From Schmidtea polychroa (Eukaryota), in contig CM097888.1 of assembly GCA_044892525.1 (NCBI GenBank), forward strand, positions 47,802,001 to 47,866,000: a stretch of 64,000 nucleotides of DNA, read 5' to 3'. A program made the position numbers and the translations under genes. The notes under the pieces are model-generated. The model saw nothing but the letters and a program-made list of their open reading frames with translations. It did no database searches and was not told the origin of the DNA. Every line of letters starts with the position of its first letter. Position 1 is the stretch's first letter. This document shows positions 59,640 through 64,000 of this stretch, piece by piece.

Positions 59640-60300
59640 ATCTATAATTCACGTTGGTGTGCACACAAATTGAGGTGACTCACCATTTACGTGAAAATGA
59701 AGTTATTCAATTTCATTTATTCAATTTCTTAAAAATTGTTTTCAACTAATTTTTTAAATTTCAAGTAACTTTTAAGACTTGAATTTTGATTTTATATAAT
59801 TATGAGATTATTATTCAAGTTCTTAAATATTGCTGTTTGTCACCATTTATAATATAACATATTGATAATTAAATTTCAGGTGTTTTTTTAGGAATTTTAT
59901 GACATTTTATGAATTTATTTGGAATTATTTCGATAAAATGTAAGTTAGATATATTTTTAACTATAAATAAATAAACTAATCACCGAATACATTAATTTTT
60001 TTAATACAATTAAGAAAGAAGCGGCGTACATGTATGAAATAGTTTTTTGAATTTTTATAATCTTCTTTCTGCATCTCATTTTCCCCATTCTCAAAGGCAT
60101 TAATAAGCCGAATTTTGTCATTTTCTGTATATCTATAAAAATATTAATTTATTTAAATTTACGAATTGTAAATTTCTTTCAGCAAATTCTGATGTTTTGT
60201 AATTTAATGAATAAATCTTACATTGTCAGATTTCCACCTTCGCGAAAAGGCAGTGTATCCTGTAAATCTAAAGAGTTTATATTCAATTTGTACCTCTATT
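59640..60300. repeat. Diverged copy of the sequence at ~52120-52790 (inverted at ~37940-38600)
   Basis: Shared blocks such as GGTGTGCAC, GACTTGAATTTTGATTTATATAATTATGAGAT and CTGTAAATCTAAAGA. Confidence 0.8.
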
Positions 60301-61064
60301 ATATTACTAGGACAAGATATTGGAATCATATTTGCATATCATCAAAATTACTGTAAACCGTTTATAAATTTATTAAAAAGAAATTCAATTTTCATTTTAT
60401 TTCGATAATACTTTTAATTGAAAATTGAAACAAAAACGAATTGTTAATTATAAAAATAATGATAAACAGACAGATTTCTTTAATCTATCTGATGAGCTGT
60501 TTTGTTGTCTCATTTACACCGTATTTCACAGAATCGCAACTGCGAATGACAGAATATTTTATTTTTAATAATTTTTATTTTAATCGAAAATAGAATTATA
60601 AATTTAGAAATTCTAAAATATTTTAAATTGCTTATAAATATTTAAAATNNNNNNNNNNNNNNNNNNNNNNNNNNNNNNNNNNNNNNNNNNNNNNNNNNNN
60701 NNNNNNNNNNNNNNNNNNNNNNNNNNNNNNNNNNNNNNNNNNNNNNNNNNNNNNNNNNNNNNNNNNNNNNNNNNNNNNNNNNNNNNNNNNNNNNNNNNNN
60801 ATAATGATCCTGCAAACTCAAACTGAAATCCAGAAAACTTTCTTGCACGCATAAATTATTGTATGACATTTACGTGGTTGACCCAGAAAATTTTGCTTGC
60901 AAGCAAAATGTAACGGTCTCTAATGTGCGTGAATACTTGTTTACAGAAGGAGAAACAGAGTCAGGCATGCTTACAGGTATTTAATAATAGTACGAAATGC
61001 CAAATAGTACGTAGTTATAAAGTTGAGCATTATTACCATTCACTAAGATCGAATTCAATTTTTT

Positions 61065-61180
61065 ATCTACGCTGTCCTATTGGCGGCCTTTTGACAGGAG
61101 TCGTTTTTCCAAGGGCCCTTATATCAGAGGCCCTTTTCTCGAGGGCCTTTATGCCGGGGCCTTTTTGACGGGGTACCGTA
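61065..61180. mobile_element. Transposon-end-like segment with repeated (A)GGGCC(C)TTTT motifs
   Basis: About five motif copies ending at GGGGTACCG|TA; no partner end found. Confidence 0.45.
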
Positions 61181-61183
61181 GCT

Positions 61184-61785
61184 AAATCAAGAGCAATGTA
61201 ACAGTTTATCTAATATTTGAACAATTTCTATTTCGACAATAGCTGTAAAACTGTAACCTCGCTCTGTCAGTATTTTCATCATATAATCTGCCAAATATAT
61301 ACATTTCAAATCCATTCTGCGAACTGCATGAAGCAATGCATATTCTTCATAAATTAGCATAATATGTGGTGCATCATCTTCAAAATTTAGAACGACACCT
61401 CCTGTACTAATTGAAGCGTACAAAGAAAGAATTGCTTGAATTGCAACACAAATGGTTTGAGCTTTGAATATTTCATATATAATTTGAGTCATATTTTTTC
61501 TGTTAACTTCTAAATTCTGTGGCGTTTCGGTAAGAAGAACTGAATACTCTCCTGGCGTATTTTTAAATTCAATGTAGAATATATGATGCCAGGTCTTTTT
61601 CAAATCATCCAAATTAATAACAATATCGTGTTCAGTCGCAGATTTAAGAGTTAAAATACTTCTCTTAGGCAGAGCCTCACAACCAACATAGCTATCTTTT
61701 TGATCCATACAAACCATAACTCCCTTATGTCTTGGTCTAAAAGTCCGAAAAACAAATCGTTCCAGAAGCATCGAAAATCCACAAG
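61184..61785 (-). pseudogene. ACT: Truncated, diverged, intronless actin pseudogene (about residues 20-222)
   Basis: RPRHKGVMV, QKDSYVG, WHHIFY, VLLTE, AIQAILSLYAS, YMMKILTERGYSF align to actin. Many radical substitutions, indels at both ends, no N- or C-terminus. Confidence 0.9.
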
Positions 61786-62389
61786 AATTGAATAACTCAG
61801 CAATCAAAAAAATTTCAGACAAAATGAATAAACATTTAAACTCGACAATTCGTGTCTGCAACCAAAAAATAACACGCGTGCGCACACAGACGCGAATAGT
61901 CTGAATTAACAATATACATGTGAAATAGAAACATTAAATAAAATAAAAAACTATTTTAATATTGTTGGGTCTTGAAAATTGATTATTCAACACGAGAAGT
62001 CAGGTTAACATTTTCATAAAAAACAAAACCATATAAAATTTGTATTATATATTGCAGTTGAAACCCGTTTATATGAACTTTTAGGACAATAACAAATGAA
62101 AATATTATCCGAATGATACAATTTTTAATAAAAGTTCAAAAATGTTAACATTATATAAAAAGCTCAAACAAAAAATGTAAAGCAAAATTGCATACTTTAC
62201 CGCATCCGTATTATCTTTTATCCAATCATAAATCGTGCTCCTTTTAAAGCGCAATTCATGACATCTAAATAATACTAATGCACTTTTATTTATTCTTTCC
62301 ACAATTGTCAATTTTTTTTATCAACTCATAACATACTTTTTCTTTTTTTTTATTTTCATTTAAAATTTAATAAGTTATAATGTATTTAA

Positions 62390-63065
62390 CCTTTTGAGTC
62401 CCGAATATATTTTTCAACCAACGTAAATTTATTTGGAAGATTAAGATAATCATTTAATCACATGTAAAATTTTTTTAAAATTCTTTGGGTTAGAAGAAAA
62501 TTATCTTCAAAATATGTTATAAAAATTCTAAAATAGTTGAATATTTTGGTTGAATATGATTGATAGTAAGATTTGTGTGATAAGATTTGAAACGATGCAC
62601 AAGCCATTTATTTATAAAATGATTTATTGATGGCTATCTATATCAAATTTTTTATTTATCGTCTTGTAAAGATGAGATACCGGGGACGTTTGCAAATTTA
62701 GTTCAGCGATTTCTATATTATTCAAATTTATAAGAAAAAATTTTTTCACAAGTAGGTTTTACTATTTTGAAAAATACTCAGGTTCTACCTAAATTTTCTA
62801 CCCATCAATAGTTGTTCTATCAAACAGTTTATGTTTCATGAATTTGTTCATTCAACTTCAATGTTATATTTCACTTTGAAAAGGGCCTATTTTTAAAATT
62901 GTAACTCAATTATATGAAAATTAGAATATGATAAAATTTTGTTTTATGTCTCAAAATGTTCGTTATTATAAGTTCTAAATAATGATGTAAAAACCTTTGA
63001 TCTATGCCTTATACTTTCGGAGAAAATCGCCCTGAACTCATAAAGTCATGCCGGTATCCAAAGGG
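62390..63065. mobile_element. Possible piggyBac-type non-autonomous element (676 bp)
   Basis: TTAA|CCTTTTGAGTCCCG ... CCGGTATCCAAAGGG|TTAA; imperfect TIR. Confidence 0.5.
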
Positions 63066-64000
63066 TTAATATTTAATATTCATTATATAATTTGATGCTA
63101 AATTTGAGAATATTTTTTATTTTCTTTAAAATATAAATTTAAATTTTTTTTAAATTTTTTAAAATTTTTATTATTTTTTAAAATTTTATTTATTCATAAA
63201 TAATTCAGATAATTGAAAGTCATCTTTAAATTAAATTAAATTTTTTTGTCTTATAATTTTGTATAATACCATATTCGAGTCTTTTTATGCTGCTTATCTA
63301 ACAAAAACTAGGCGTATGTTACTGTGATACAAACTCATTTTTTCTAAATCTTAGTTTTAGTCAAAAAGAAATTTACATAAAATAGTATAAAAAGTGTTTG
63401 TATCACATTTTTACCACTATCCCACTTGCGCTTGTTGCGACATACGACTAATTTTGGTCACATATAATAAAAAAATGAAAATAAAAAATGAAAATTGCTT
63501 CACCGAAACTAAAAGTTATTAAGATAAATTTCTTATTCTCTTTTGTTTTAATATTGTCACTCTAATTGTCCATGTATCAAAATTATCAACAATCGGGTTT
63601 ATGTTAGAATTTTGTCAGTGACGGTTGTCAATTTTGTGAGTGGTTCACTATTCAACCTTTCTATGTTAAAACAATTCATTCACCCCCATCTCTCAACAAT
63701 AGACGGCTGTGGATATATTTGTTGACTTTTTATCGTCTTAGATTTTTTATCTAGATTACGATCGGGAATTTCTCTAGCAACATTGTTAGAAATTCGTCAA
63801 AATAATATCAGGTACTTTTTTAAAACATTTTTTATTTAAAATTTTTTATCGCATTTAAACAAAAGAAAATCCAATTTTAAACTTACTTTATGTTTTTCAA
63901 GTAAAGCCAGCCGATTTTCCAGAAATAAATTTTCCTGATGGTTTTTCTTCGCCGTCATTTTCGCTCGAGTATTTGTGGACTTGAAGTCCAGATGTAATCC

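Noticed and set aside
54730-61000. ORFs composed mostly of X
   Set aside because: Produced by translating through N-runs.

Overview
Very AT-rich eukaryotic (animal) genomic DNA with seven N-runs. The host type is inferred only: the 45-55 nt minimal introns and (AAT)n/(TA)n tracts suggest an invertebrate, flatworm-like genome. The dominant feature is a complete 21-exon kinesin-3 (KIF28P-like) gene on the minus strand (57098..11214, 3051 nt CDS, 1016 aa), which I rebuilt exon by exon with matching splice phases. Its introns carry many DNA transposons: a decayed hATm-like element, a MULE with an intact ORF, a maT-like Tc1/mariner deletion derivative, and pogo-type and piggyBac-type MITEs. The 17.8-kb intron 5 holds a non-coding element with Polinton/Maverick-type ends (AGTAG...CTACT termini, 6-bp TSD CTCTTT, tandem arrays in the TIRs). 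That element has been rearranged into a ~15-kb palindrome that captured 1.36 kb of host flank, with a ~90-bp mini-element of the same end type at the inner junction. Positions 1-7900 hold short GC-rich ORFs and stem-loop clusters of unknown origin. Removing a Buster-type hAT insertion there (perfect TSD) restores a 155-aa ORF with an AT-hook. The right end has the terminal exon of an unidentified gene and a truncated, diverged actin pseudogene abutting a transposon-like end.
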